Source: a virus
Lineage: Duplodnaviria; Caudoviricetes
Strand: one strand, 5' to 3'
IMG/VR virus record: IMGVR_UViG_3300039208_000699
Location: 1 to 27,965 of that record
Length of the DNA: 27,965 nt
The notes beneath the pieces were generated by a model. The model saw only the letters and a program-made list of their open reading frames with translations. It did no database searches and was not told the DNA's origin. Within the stretch, counting starts at the first letter, position 1. Every line of letters begins with the position of its first letter. The position numbers and the translations under genes were made by a program. This document shows, one piece after another, positions 16,939 through 27,279 of this stretch.

Positions 16939-18905
16939 GATTATTATATGGCATATTATTAATCTTAATTTTTAATGTGTCAGCTTATTCACAGATAGGG
17001 CAATTAACAGGTAAAAGTCATAGAGAGTTAGCTAATAATCCAACTAGTTCAACTAGGTTGGATACACTCATTATGCATGGGTATGTTATAGATTCTCTGA
17101 TTATATCTGTTTTTGACAGTATTATTGCAATTGGTAATATAGGTGAAGCTAATACTATCAGTGATGTTGCGGGCACTGGTGTAGGTTTGGCTGGTAGTAA
17201 AGTTGGGGTAGATTTAAGAATAAATAGAATTTATGGCACAACACCTGTCGTAGTTTCTGATAGTACAGACAGTGTTCGTTTTTCTTTTGATATTGGAGCT
17301 TTACCGTTAGTGACTATAGCTGTAACCGATACCATAATTATAAAAGATGTGACTGATGGAGCTTTAAAAAAAGGGGTGGCTAACGATTTAATAGGTACCG
17401 CTGGTTGGGTCGATGATGGTACAGTGGTGCGATTAACTACAGTTGGGGATTCGGTAGGGATAGGTACAGCATCACCGGCAGTTAAAATAGATATTAATGG
17501 GGATTTTGCCATTAGGTCTTCAACTTTAAGTCAGTGGACTACGAATCAAAATAATTTAGATCGTGGTGGCTTTGGTGTACTTAGGGTGTCTAGTGATGCC
17601 AATAGAACATTAAGTGGGGTTGCTGGTGGTCAAGACGGTTTATTATTGACATTATTTAATATTGGTTCGGATACCATCACTATCGGACATCAAGACGCTA
17701 ACAGTGATGCGGCCAACAGGTTTTTATTGGGATCCGCAAGTGATTTTACTTTACTTGCTGGTTTTGCTGTATCATTTCAATATGATGGAACAAGCTCTAG
17801 ATGGAGAGACTATTCTACTTCAGTTGATAACTCAGGGTTGGGAGATATTTCTAATGGTGGGAATACTACCGGAGCAAATATTCGGATAGGTACTGATGAT
17901 GCTTTTGATTTAGAATTTGAAACTAATAACACATTACAAATGACTTATGATCATTCAGATGATGAATTAAAGATTACAGGTAATGTGTCTGCGCCAAATA
18001 CAGGTAGTGGTAAAGCTCTGTTTGGTGGTGGCACTTCGTCTATGGCAGGCAATAATAGTGCAGGGTTGGGTGAGGATATTGATGTACCAAGTGGGAATGC
18101 TGTTGTTATTGGTTATTCTACTTATGGCGCTGGAACTAATAATGTTGTGGTAGGTTTTGACGCGTCAGGTGGAGGATCATCTGCTAATGGGGAAAATATT
18201 GTAATTGGCGCTAGTAGTAGTGTTGGATTATCGTCAGAAAATGTAGTTATTGGTCAAAATGTAGATGTTGTCCAGGGTAGTAATCATATTGCTATAGGCC
18301 ATGATTTTGATACTGATACATGGGCGAATAATTCATTAGTTATTAGCCATAATAATAACGGTATTCAGAATGTTATTATAGGAGAAGGTAATACACATGC
18401 ATCACCTCCTACGGTCACATACCGTTTAACGAATGGTTTAGGTACGAATATAGCCGGTGGAGATATGATTTTTACTGGATCTAGATCTACAGGTACCGGT
18501 GAAGGTGGAAATGTTGTATTTAATACATCACCTTCTACAACTGCGGGATCTAGTTTGAATGCTTCTGCAGAAGCGTTGAGAATAAACGATGAAGGCATTG
18601 TCGAGACTCCTAATGATTCATTAACCTTAGCTGCTTCAGCTACTACTATTGCAGCGACTTCAAATATAATGACAATCACAGGCGATGCGGGCACCAATAC
18701 TATTGCTACGATAACTGGTGTAACTACAACAGCGGGGACTTTAATACTAATATTCGTAGATGCCAATGTAACTATTACAGATGATAACGCTCATACATCT
18801 AATTCAGTTGATTTGAACGCAGCTTTTACATCTGCGGATGATACAGTTTTAATGTTAGTGTATAATGGTGTAAGTTGGTATGAAATCAATCGAAGTGTAA
18901 ACTAA
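16935..18905 (+). CDS. Tail fibre/adhesin-like protein with signal peptide and YadA-head-like repeats
   Basis: MRLLYGILLILIFNVSAYS|Q; G/T/S/N-rich; VGIGTASP fibre motif; repeated N.VVIG units around 18050-18390. Confidence 0.65.
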   Translation: MRLLYGILLILIFNVSAYSQIGQLTGKSHRELANNPTSSTRLDTLIMHGYVIDSLIISVFDSIIAIGNIGEANTISDVAGTGVGLAGSKVGVDLRINRIYGTTPVVVSDSTDSVRFSFDIGALPLVTIAVTDTIIIKDVTDGALKKGVANDLIGTAGWVDDGTVVRLTTVGDSVGIGTASPAVKIDINGDFAIRSSTLSQWTTNQNNLDRGGFGVLRVSSDANRTLSGVAGGQDGLLLTLFNIGSDTITIGHQDANSDAANRFLLGSASDFTLLAGFAVSFQYDGTSSRWRDYSTSVDNSGLGDISNGGNTTGANIRIGTDDAFDLEFETNNTLQMTYDHSDDELKITGNVSAPNTGSGKALFGGGTSSMAGNNSAGLGEDIDVPSGNAVVIGYSTYGAGTNNVVVGFDASGGGSSANGENIVIGASSSVGLSSENVVIGQNVDVVQGSNHIAIGHDFDTDTWANNSLVISHNNNGIQNVIIGEGNTHASPPTVTYRLTNGLGTNIAGGDMIFTGSRSTGTGEGGNVVFNTSPSTTAGSSLNASAEALRINDEGIVETPNDSLTLAASATTIAATSNIMTITGDAGTNTIATITGVTTTAGTLILIFVDANVTITDDNAHTSNSVDLNAAFTSADDTVLMLVYNGVSWYEINRSVN

Positions 18906-20104
18906 TGCAAATTGTACCTAGACAATATGATCCAGTATTTTTTAAGCGTGAATTAAAAAAGCTTGATGTTAAAATACAAGATCTTAGTGAGAAAATTGGT
19001 GTTTCAGTTATAAGTACTGACGAACCTCAGGCAGGTTTTGATATTGATAGTAATCGAATCTATTTTCATCGAGATCAAGATGATTTTGGATTTTTGTTAT
19101 TTAATCATCAAGGGTCATGGTTCAAATTTTCTGGAGGTAATATTGTAACAGGTGGCGGTTCCATTTTAGGTTTATCTCCTGGTAATTCAAATAATGTTGT
19201 TTATGATAATGGAACTAAATGGGTTTCTGGGACAGCGAATGCCGCAAATCTTGTAAATAAAACAACTGTTCAATCTATTTCAGCGGTTAAAACATTTACA
19301 TCAGGGTTAAAAACAAGTGCACAAAATGGGGTACAAATAGATCCTTATAATACTGGAGTAGGCAATACCGGAGAACTACGTTTTTATGAGTTAGCTGCGA
19401 ATGGTACTAATTATAATGCATTTAAATCTCCAGATAATTTAGCGTCATCAGTTACTTATACATTACCAAATTCTGCTCCATCATCGAATGGGGACTCTTT
19501 AGTTTGCACAACTGCAGGTGTTTTGTCCTGGACTACAATAAGCGCAAGTGTGTCAATCGGTGATTCTGTTGGTAGCGCTACTGAAGGCTCTATATTTTTT
19601 GCGGGGTCTGGTGGTATTTTGGCTCAAGATAATACCAATTTAAAATATACCGACGCAGATGACCAATTACACGCAGAGAATGTTCATGTTAATGGTGATT
19701 TTAGTAATTATGATAGTACCAATCCGGATATGGGATTTTCACAAAATTCAGATAAACGAGGTTATGGTAATGATTATATCTCAGAAAAAGATTTGAATTA
19801 TTGCACCATAGGATTTAATGACAATACAGTAGATGGAAATATTAGAACATCCGCAGCAGGGAAATTAGAATTTTATACTAGTGGATCATACGGGGAAGTT
19901 GTTGTCGGGTTTAAATTTAGGGAAACGAATGACGGTGAATTTTCTTTTCAACATCAGCCTGGGGGGTTTGATAGTTGGATAGATATCGCTACAGGTAATT
20001 CAGAAAATGTGGGGTTGAATGGATTACCGGTTACTCAAGCATATCAAACATCTATGGGGGCATACCCTGTAAGAGATTCTATTTTTGGTGGTGAAATAAC
20101 ATAA
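18905..20104 (+). CDS. Putative tail fibre/structural protein
   Basis: ELRFYELAANGTNY.AFKSP..LASSVTYTLP...G.LSW segment typical of phage fibre shafts. Confidence 0.6.
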   Translation: MQIVPRQYDPVFFKRELKKLDVKIQDLSEKIGVSVISTDEPQAGFDIDSNRIYFHRDQDDFGFLLFNHQGSWFKFSGGNIVTGGGSILGLSPGNSNNVVYDNGTKWVSGTANAANLVNKTTVQSISAVKTFTSGLKTSAQNGVQIDPYNTGVGNTGELRFYELAANGTNYNAFKSPDNLASSVTYTLPNSAPSSNGDSLVCTTAGVLSWTTISASVSIGDSVGSATEGSIFFAGSGGILAQDNTNLKYTDADDQLHAENVHVNGDFSNYDSTNPDMGFSQNSDKRGYGNDYISEKDLNYCTIGFNDNTVDGNIRTSAAGKLEFYTSGSYGEVVVGFKFRETNDGEFSFQHQPGGFDSWIDIATGNSENVGLNGLPVTQAYQTSMGAYPVRDSIFGGEIT

Positions 20105-21015
20105 TGCCTACAACTTATTACATAGATCCTGCGGGTAGCGATTCAAATGGTGGATTAAGTTCTGGTGATCCCTGGTTAACTCCAAGCAAGTTTATTACCA
20201 CTGGTACTTCAGGAGATACTCTTATTTGTGCAGCAGGCACATATACAAGTGGATTAGGTCCGTTCACTTCGGTTATTGGTAGAACAATCCAGGGTGCTCC
20301 ACTTGTTAATAATATGCCCACAACTATTTTTGATCATAATAGTAATTGGTATTATTGGCTTTTTAGTGGAACTAATCAATTTGATAGAATAACATGGAAA
20401 AATCAAATTGCTAATGCTACCAATCAAGGAACATTTATGGCTTGTTCCAGCGGAGCAACTGCTAATATTACATGCAATAACTGTACATATCAAGACTTTG
20501 AATCGGCTGGTGGAGCCGCCAACTGGATACAAGAAGAAGGTTCATTTTCCAATAGAACAACTCAAGGTGGTGCTGGGGTGGTAAACTTCGATTTTAATCA
20601 ATGTCTATTTTATGATTTTAAGAATAGATCTGGATCAAATACCGGAAAAATATTTAATAATAGTTCTCTTGGGGGGACTGGCTCTACATTTGATTTAAAC
20701 TCATCTACAATATATCTAAAAGAAACGACAGATCCTTTGACAACTATAATGGTTCAATCATCTGGATTAACTGGCATTAATTTTAATGGTATAATTATTC
20801 AAAATGATGGTACAAGTATGGCCGTTTATACCACTGTTGGAGGAACTACACCCCCGATAGTGACAAACAGTTGTATATATGATAACGGTAATTTAACTAA
20901 CATACCATCGGGTACTGATAGTATTACAACGAATCCTGAATTTGTAAATACCAATAAATTGAATTTTAATTTGACAATAGGGTCACCCGCTAGAAATACT
21001 GGAATTATAGTGTAA
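20104..21015 (+). CDS. Right-handed beta-helix (pectate-lyase-like) protein; putative tailspike/depolymerase
   Basis: N-terminal TYYIDPAGSDSNGG....PWLT...GDTLICAAGTY and C-terminal NPEFVN...F.L..GSPA.NTG. Confidence 0.7.
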   Translation: MPTTYYIDPAGSDSNGGLSSGDPWLTPSKFITTGTSGDTLICAAGTYTSGLGPFTSVIGRTIQGAPLVNNMPTTIFDHNSNWYYWLFSGTNQFDRITWKNQIANATNQGTFMACSSGATANITCNNCTYQDFESAGGAANWIQEEGSFSNRTTQGGAGVVNFDFNQCLFYDFKNRSGSNTGKIFNNSSLGGTGSTFDLNSSTIYLKETTDPLTTIMVQSSGLTGINFNGIIIQNDGTSMAVYTTVGGTTPPIVTNSCIYDNGNLTNIPSGTDSITTNPEFVNTNKLNFNLTIGSPARNTGIIV

Positions 21016-21479
21016 TGAAATCGATTATTTTAAATGAAGATAGACTTATTGATGGTATTCCTAGAGTAAAAGGGGAAGTGGTTATTGTTGCTAATAGTTT
21101 TCCCTCAGATCTTATAAAAAAGACTATAAATTCAGACATCAGTGTTAAAAATAAAAGAAGAGTTAATATTTTTGAAGAAAAAAATCGTATAAATAATAAT
21201 CCTTTGTTAGTGTTATCTAAAGAACGTCTTCTTTTTAATATTAACTCAACTAGCGAATCTTTGATATTAACAAATGCGGGCAGAGATTTATTATTAATAG
21301 AGTCAATTTCAGTAATTGGCCGAGATAAAGAAAATTTTTCTGTTACATATAACGACCAACCAATAAACGAGTTAGAACTTAATGCAAAACAAAAAATTCA
21401 AATAACTATTATATTCAATATTTTACAGTCGATTAAAAAAATTTTAAAGCTGAACTTCAAATTCAAAGTAATTCTGTAA
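21015..21479 (+). CDS. Ig-like (ASH/choice-of-anchor-D-like) domain protein, probably frameshifted at an A7 run (would extend to 21580)
   Basis: LILTNAG...LLIESISVIG.D..NFSV...L......ITIIF; -1 frame continues KAELQIQSN...VKVELLG. Confidence 0.6.
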   Translation: MKSIILNEDRLIDGIPRVKGEVVIVANSFPSDLIKKTINSDISVKNKRRVNIFEEKNRINNNPLLVLSKERLLFNINSTSESLILTNAGRDLLLIESISVIGRDKENFSVTYNDQPINELELNAKQKIQITIIFNILQSIKKILKLNFKFKVIL

Positions 21480-21518
21480 AACAGAAAAATGTAAAAGTTG
21501 AATTATTAGGATCTATTG

Positions 21519-21764
21519 ATGCCTCTGATAAAAGCGATACGACCCGCGTACGCGGAAACAAAGGAAATCTTACTAGATAAGGATCAGGTATTTCACGCAG
21601 GTGAATTATGTATAAATAAACAGAATATTCATCTTTTTTTGACTGATTTTAGTATATCTAGTGGGCTTGGCGGAATACCAAAGCCGGTACAAACTTTGGA
21701 CATGGCTATCACACATAATGGTGATGCTATAACACATAATGGAAATATAGTTTATACTTATTAA
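21519..21764 (+). CDS. Hypothetical protein with AITHNG tandem repeat
   Basis: AGGA RBS; 21-nt-period repeat at 21705-21743. Confidence 0.5.
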   Translation: MPLIKAIRPAYAETKEILLDKDQVFHAGELCINKQNIHLFLTDFSISSGLGGIPKPVQTLDMAITHNGDAITHNGNIVYTY

Positions 21765-21768
21765 TACG

Positions 21769-22167
21769 ATGCCTTTACTTGAAAAAAGCGCGATAACATT
21801 ATTATCCACGACAACTGGAATAGATGCCACTACCACTGGATCGACAGAATTATATCCAGTACCTGTAGGACAAACTCTTATACCTGTGGAAATAATAATT
21901 AGAATAACGAGTTTTACGTCAGGGAGTAAAGCGACACAAGCAATTGCAAGTTTTGGTGGTAACAGTGCAACATACGATGATTTTCTTAATAGTCAAACAT
22001 ATACAGTTACGGCAGTAGATAAATTTATTCCTGATCGTCCATCGACGGGGACTGAATTGGATATTCAAGCGGCGGGGGATAGTTTTAGGATAATTATAGA
22101 AACGGCGTCCGACGCAACAACTGAAACCTGGGCTGTCGATTTATTTGGATACCTAATCGATGCGTAA
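21769..22167 (+). CDS. Putative structural beta-sandwich protein
   Basis: 132 aa, Thr-rich, LYPVPVG...VEIIIR...VDLFGY. Confidence 0.6.
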   Translation: MPLLEKSAITLLSTTTGIDATTTGSTELYPVPVGQTLIPVEIIIRITSFTSGSKATQAIASFGGNSATYDDFLNSQTYTVTAVDKFIPDRPSTGTELDIQAAGDSFRIIIETASDATTETWAVDLFGYLIDA

Positions 22168-22186
22168 AAAGTATAAAGGTGAATGA

Positions 22187-22441
22187 ATGGATATTGTAAA
22201 AAAATTAGAACTTTTTTGTGAAGAAAATGGAATAATTTTACAGGCAGAAATTATATTTGATGACGAAGGTTTAGATAGTCAATTAAAATATGCGGCTTAC
22301 GGACTTCTTATGCCATCAGGTCTTAATAAAAAAAGTCGATTAACTCCAACTATAAATATTATACCAAGACCAGGTAGCCAATTTAACTCTACAGATCTCC
22401 CATTATCAGATAATTTACCTATTAAGAAAAAAGCGATTTAA
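22187..22441 (+). CDS. Hypothetical protein
   Basis: 84-aa ORF with AAGGTG RBS, TAATG-coupled to the next gene. Confidence 0.55.
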   Translation: MDIVKKLELFCEENGIILQAEIIFDDEGLDSQLKYAAYGLLMPSGLNKKSRLTPTINIIPRPGSQFNSTDLPLSDNLPIKKKAI

Positions 22442-24804
22442 TGCCTCAAAATGATCCGACAATTGAACTAGCAAACGGTAATCTCGGCCTGGTAACAAAT
22501 ATCAGTGCTGTTGAAGGCGATAAAGCTAGTTTTCGTACATTAAAAAATGCATCTGTAGAAAGACTTGGATTAATTAAAGATTTCAATGGTTACGGGACCG
22601 CTCAGTTAAACATAGCGGGGACGCTTACTACAATACCAAATTTACCATCTGGTTTCACTGCTGAAAAAGCATATATATTTTCTATTAATGAACCGTCTAA
22701 TACTGAATGTATTATTATATTTGGTACGAAATCATCCAGGGATCGTTTTTATGTCTGGCCAGACATAGTTAATGGGGTTGTAACATCTTCAGGCGCAGGG
22801 ACTTTTGTAAGTAATACCTCTATTGATTGGTTAGAACTTACAGAAGGAGAGGCTTCAATTACTGTAAATGTTGTTACGAGTTCAACAATTTTTACTTTAA
22901 CTGGAATAGAAAATTCTACTACAAACGATTATTACAATCAATGGATAATCTATAATAGTACTCGAAGTAAATTTGATCTTGTTAAAGACTATAACAGTAC
23001 TAATGGTCAATTTACATTAAAAAACGGTATTACGGGAGTTACTAATGGTGATACTATAATTCTTATGCGATTTAGAATTCATTCACCAGGTTCAGTAATC
23101 GGGGGATTTGCGGTAGATAATGAAGCAGGATTACCTACTTTTGTTCAACATGGGCAGGATGTGGTTATTCATACAGGGGCACATGATATGGATGCGGGTC
23201 CTCCTTATTGGTTAGGTTATATTAATCGAAACTTTTTTGATGACTCTGATTTAGATTTTAACGCTTGGCATTTTGATTTTTCTTTTCCATTTAATAATAG
23301 ATTACCAGATGTGCCAGTTTCTATAAGTAATGTTTCTGAAAGTGATGATCCCTTACCTGATCCAGGTGTTACTTATTGGATACCTTTTTTTACAATTGAA
23401 TTTGATGGTTTTCAAGAATCAAATATATTTTGGAAAATTGAAGATGATGATTTTTTTGTATTTGATAATGCAATCACTTATACGTCAGGTCAAAAAATTC
23501 AGGGGACTATTACAATAGATATATCAGATTCGTTTGATACATCTGATCCTTTAGAAGTAGGTGCATCGAGAAATACTTTTATGTCAAGACGTATGACAGC
23601 GGTAAATTTTTATTTAGCTGCAGGAGAATTTGCTGCAAATAATGCTAGATGGGTACCTAAGACTGAATTTTTCTTTATGCAACGTTTTGATATTAATTCA
23701 TCTGATTGGTCTTTTTCTACGCCGAGTTTTACAATTACTTTTGATATTTTTGGGTCTCATTGGAATAATGGACAAAGATTCCCTTTTTCTCGTGTAGTTG
23801 GACATGAATTGGCAGCGACAGGTGCTACCGCAAAGTTTGAGGCGCAAGTAGGTAATAGACCAGTTATTGGGCCTATCTATGATACTGAAGAAAGAAAATT
23901 TAGGTTATTATTTGCAACAACATCTGATGTAGGATTTCAAACAATGCCTGATGTATATCCGTTAACTAATCGAATTGATGTAGGTTTTGCCGGAGTTAGT
24001 GAGATTTTAGGTATTGTTGAACAAAGAGGGTTATTGAATGTTTTTGGTCGTGAAACCATGACGATAGCAGATGTATCTGGTGCGCGCGGTGGGTTTATTC
24101 AAGAACAAGTACAAAAGCGAGGTTTAACATCACCTCGTGCTTTATTAAATATCGAAGGTAATGTTTATTTAAGTACAGACGAGTCTATATTAGAAATATT
24201 TGACGGCAATTCTTTTGCAGAACCTAGTCCAGGGTTTTTAATTAAACCTGATTGGGATGCTTTTTCTATATCAGAAAAAGAGTCTACTTTTTTTGGTTAC
24301 CAAAAAAGAAATAAACTTCTTTTTATTGCTGTAGGTACTACACAACGTATTTTTGTTTATTCGTTAGTTTTTAACCGATGGTTAGAATACGAAAGTGATT
24401 TAACTTTTTTGAATTTCTTCGCCGGAACTAACGATAAATTATTTGGAATCACATCAACGACTATTGTTGAAATTAACGCTGAAACAGCAACTGAATCAAC
24501 AGTATTAACTTTTGAAACTCAGGATTTAGTAAATAGAACTGTTTCAATCCGTGAGTGTGAAATGCAGTATACATCAGATGTTCAAATGACATTATCTGCA
24601 ATAGATAACTCTGAGTCAATCACAGATTTAAGAGAAAAAGATAGTGCTTTATTTTTACCTCAAGATGGTATGCAGTCTATTGATAGAGAACTCGCGATTA
24701 GGACAAAACGACCAAGATTAAAACTTGTTAGTGCTACTGGAACGGCTAAAAATATTGAAATTGATTCTATATCAATTTATGCGATACAGAAACAGGAGAG
24801 ATAA
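22441..24804 (+). CDS. Putative tail nozzle/stabilisation protein (P22 gp10/T7 gp12 position)
   Basis: 787 aa, beta-rich; N-terminal GL.T........LKNA...R.G pattern; propeller-like G..SPRA...IEG.VY and IFVYS....W segments; precedes ejection genes. Confidence 0.65.
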   Translation: MPQNDPTIELANGNLGLVTNISAVEGDKASFRTLKNASVERLGLIKDFNGYGTAQLNIAGTLTTIPNLPSGFTAEKAYIFSINEPSNTECIIIFGTKSSRDRFYVWPDIVNGVVTSSGAGTFVSNTSIDWLELTEGEASITVNVVTSSTIFTLTGIENSTTNDYYNQWIIYNSTRSKFDLVKDYNSTNGQFTLKNGITGVTNGDTIILMRFRIHSPGSVIGGFAVDNEAGLPTFVQHGQDVVIHTGAHDMDAGPPYWLGYINRNFFDDSDLDFNAWHFDFSFPFNNRLPDVPVSISNVSESDDPLPDPGVTYWIPFFTIEFDGFQESNIFWKIEDDDFFVFDNAITYTSGQKIQGTITIDISDSFDTSDPLEVGASRNTFMSRRMTAVNFYLAAGEFAANNARWVPKTEFFFMQRFDINSSDWSFSTPSFTITFDIFGSHWNNGQRFPFSRVVGHELAATGATAKFEAQVGNRPVIGPIYDTEERKFRLLFATTSDVGFQTMPDVYPLTNRIDVGFAGVSEILGIVEQRGLLNVFGRETMTIADVSGARGGFIQEQVQKRGLTSPRALLNIEGNVYLSTDESILEIFDGNSFAEPSPGFLIKPDWDAFSISEKESTFFGYQKRNKLLFIAVGTTQRIFVYSLVFNRWLEYESDLTFLNFFAGTNDKLFGITSTTIVEINAETATESTVLTFETQDLVNRTVSIRECEMQYTSDVQMTLSAIDNSESITDLREKDSALFLPQDGMQSIDRELAIRTKRPRLKLVSATGTAKNIEIDSISIYAIQKQER

Positions 24805-24806
24805 AA

Positions 24807-25751
24807 ATGGGCTTATTTAGCGGTATTGGAAAAGCTTTTAAAAAAATTGGAAAAGGTATCGGGGGTGCAGTCTCTGGTTTTATTGGCGGAGGTCCGCTTG
24901 GTTTAGTAGCAAATGTAGCCGGTGGTTTATTAGGTAGTGGCGGTGGAGGAAGTGTAGGAAAATTTTTGACTGGCGATAAGTCTGGAGGTTTTGTTGATGA
25001 TCCTACTGGACGTAATGCTTTGAAAGAATTTTTGAATAGAGATTTAGATGAAGGTAGTGCTGATATTGTACGTAATGCTACTGTTGCTGGTGAGCAAGAG
25101 CGAGCTCTTGTTAATCGAAGATTTGCAAATACTGCAGGGTTTGATAATTCTGCTTTTGGCGATTCGATTGTAGGGGCGCAAATTGCTGGTGAAAATAATC
25201 GAATACAAAATTCGTTAGCTAATCTTAGGCAATCAAATATTTCACAAAGATTGAATGCCGCAAATGCTTTGAATACGGGGAATTTACAGCAGCAGGGTAT
25301 TCTTAGGAATAATCAAAGTAAGGGTATTTTACCTGATTTATTAGGTGCAGGCGCTTCTTTAGGTAGTGCTGCCATTCTTGCTTCGAGTAAAGATAAGAAA
25401 CGTCGAATTCGAAAAGCGGATACCAGAGAACTACTTGAAATGGCAAAAGGTATTGACGTTAAAAAATTTCGTTTCCGCCCTGGTGAGCCTGAAGATGATG
25501 GCCGTGAGCATATAGGCCAAATTGCTGAAGATGCTCCTAATGATATTTCAATTGCCGGAAAAGCGATTGATGTCGGTGATACAATTGGTATGTTACTTGG
25601 AGCAGTCCAAGAATTAAATACTAAAATAGAACAACTGGAAAGATTATCCGGACGTGTAGCAAATAAGCCTAATCTGACTCAAGGACAAGGGTTTAAAAAT
25701 CCTATTAATATAGAAGATGCTAATTTCACAGAATTAAGAAGGACAGCATAA
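24807..25751 (+). CDS. Putative DNA-ejection protein with C-terminal peptidase-S74-like chaperone domain
   Basis: Gly-rich amphipathic N-terminus; SSKDKKRRI...FRFR...HIGQIAED...ID.GD.IG.LLGAVQEL..KIEQLE. Confidence 0.7.
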   Translation: MGLFSGIGKAFKKIGKGIGGAVSGFIGGGPLGLVANVAGGLLGSGGGGSVGKFLTGDKSGGFVDDPTGRNALKEFLNRDLDEGSADIVRNATVAGEQERALVNRRFANTAGFDNSAFGDSIVGAQIAGENNRIQNSLANLRQSNISQRLNAANALNTGNLQQQGILRNNQSKGILPDLLGAGASLGSAAILASSKDKKRRIRKADTRELLEMAKGIDVKKFRFRPGEPEDDGREHIGQIAEDAPNDISIAGKAIDVGDTIGMLLGAVQELNTKIEQLERLSGRVANKPNLTQGQGFKNPINIEDANFTELRRTA

Positions 25752-25752
25752 A

Positions 25753-27279
25753 ATGGCCGGTCCACTCACACAAGCGGCACAACAAATTACACGTGCAATT
25801 GATTTAAAAAAACAAAGAGAAGTTGAAGCAGCTAGAGCAGAGCAAGCTCAAGAATTTGCAAATCGACAGCAAGCTTTACGTGAACTTGACTTGCTTAGAA
25901 CTCTTAATACATCTGCAGACACTAAAAACCGTATTGCCAGAGAATCGGGGATTCTTGAATCTTTAAATTTCCCTACGACACAACCAAGAGCTACGGGCAT
26001 TCCAGATGAACGATTTGCAAAACCTTTTCAGGCTCCGGATATATCTAATAGACCTCAAGTTAATAGATCACCGTTAGCTAAATCTCCACTTGAAATAACA
26101 GGTAATCCGGCTATAGATGAAGGACTACAAACAGATCGATCCATTCAACTTGGTCAAGGATTTAGAGCTTTTAAAGCCGGAGATGAAGCATTCAATGAAT
26201 TTACTCCTCAAGCTGTTGCCAGTAATATTGTTCGACAGAATGCCATAAGATCATTTAATAAAGAAAATCCTATTAGTTCAGATGAACGGACTAATTTAAT
26301 TAGATCGGGGGCTGAGAGTGCTAGAGAAAAGGCTATTCAGGCAGAGCGACAGCGGCTTGAAGTTGAAGAAGCTTTTCAAGGTTTACCACAAAGAGAAGAA
26401 TTACCTGAATTAGTAATTGATGAACCTTTAGAATTATTTCAAGATAAAGAGCCTAGTCTTAAAGACATCGCGGCTTTTCAGGAGCAAGAAAGAGAATTTC
26501 AAAGCCAACAAAAATTGATCTCAGCTTTGGAGAATATAAGAGCATCATCTCCAGATCCTGACGATGAAGATCAAACATTTTCCGGTGCAACGGTAGATCA
26601 ATTTATTGATGTAGTTATTCCTTTAGTAGAATTAACAGGAGGAATACCCGCAGATGTTATGAAATTTTTGGCGCCTGCTAATCCTTCAATAGAGGATAAT
26701 ATAAAATTAAAAATTGCTGAGGAACGCTTAAAAGGTATAGAATTAACAAACGAAGGGCGCCAGACTGATAATGCTAATAAGTTGCTTCGTAACGCTAAGA
26801 TGCGAGAGGAAGCTGCAGATCGCGCTAAACGTTTAGCTAACCCTGAAGATATAGCTTTATTGGATCGGAAAGAATTAAGACAAGAAATTGAATCAGTCCG
26901 GACTACTTTAGCCATGATGTCATCTAAGGGGTTCCCTGTTATTGATCCACTCACCGGTGAACCGTCCTTAGTAAAGTTAAATGTTTCAGACGAGGAAAAG
27001 ATAGTACAACAAAAATTATTAAGTACACTTTTACGTCGTCAACAACAATTAACTTTAACTGAACAAGGCGTGGAAGATACTAAGACAGAATTTAAAGAAA
27101 TACAACAAAGTCGAGATTTTGATGAAGCTTTAACAAAATTTATGCAAGTTTTGAAAGCTGACGGTAAAATTACAGATGAACAATTAAATGATCCTGTTTT
27201 TCGTGAAGCAATGAGAACTGATCCAGGTACGCAAACAAGAATTAATTTTTTCTTACAGAAGAATAATGCCAGACGGTAG
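25753..27279 (+). CDS. Putative internal virion/ejection protein
   Basis: 508 aa, helical, Q/E/R-rich, located after the nozzle and first ejection gene. Confidence 0.55.
   Translation: MAGPLTQAAQQITRAIDLKKQREVEAARAEQAQEFANRQQALRELDLLRTLNTSADTKNRIARESGILESLNFPTTQPRATGIPDERFAKPFQAPDISNRPQVNRSPLAKSPLEITGNPAIDEGLQTDRSIQLGQGFRAFKAGDEAFNEFTPQAVASNIVRQNAIRSFNKENPISSDERTNLIRSGAESAREKAIQAERQRLEVEEAFQGLPQREELPELVIDEPLELFQDKEPSLKDIAAFQEQEREFQSQQKLISALENIRASSPDPDDEDQTFSGATVDQFIDVVIPLVELTGGIPADVMKFLAPANPSIEDNIKLKIAEERLKGIELTNEGRQTDNANKLLRNAKMREEAADRAKRLANPEDIALLDRKELRQEIESVRTTLAMMSSKGFPVIDPLTGEPSLVKLNVSDEEKIVQQKLLSTLLRRQQQLTLTEQGVEDTKTEFKEIQQSRDFDEALTKFMQVLKADGKITDEQLNDPVFREAMRTDPGTQTRINFFLQKNNARR

Noticed and set aside
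17231-26954. Antisense ORFs within tail and ejection genes (e.g. 17231-17512, 18365-18766, 26598-26954)
   Set aside because: Typical reverse-frame shadows of codon-biased genes
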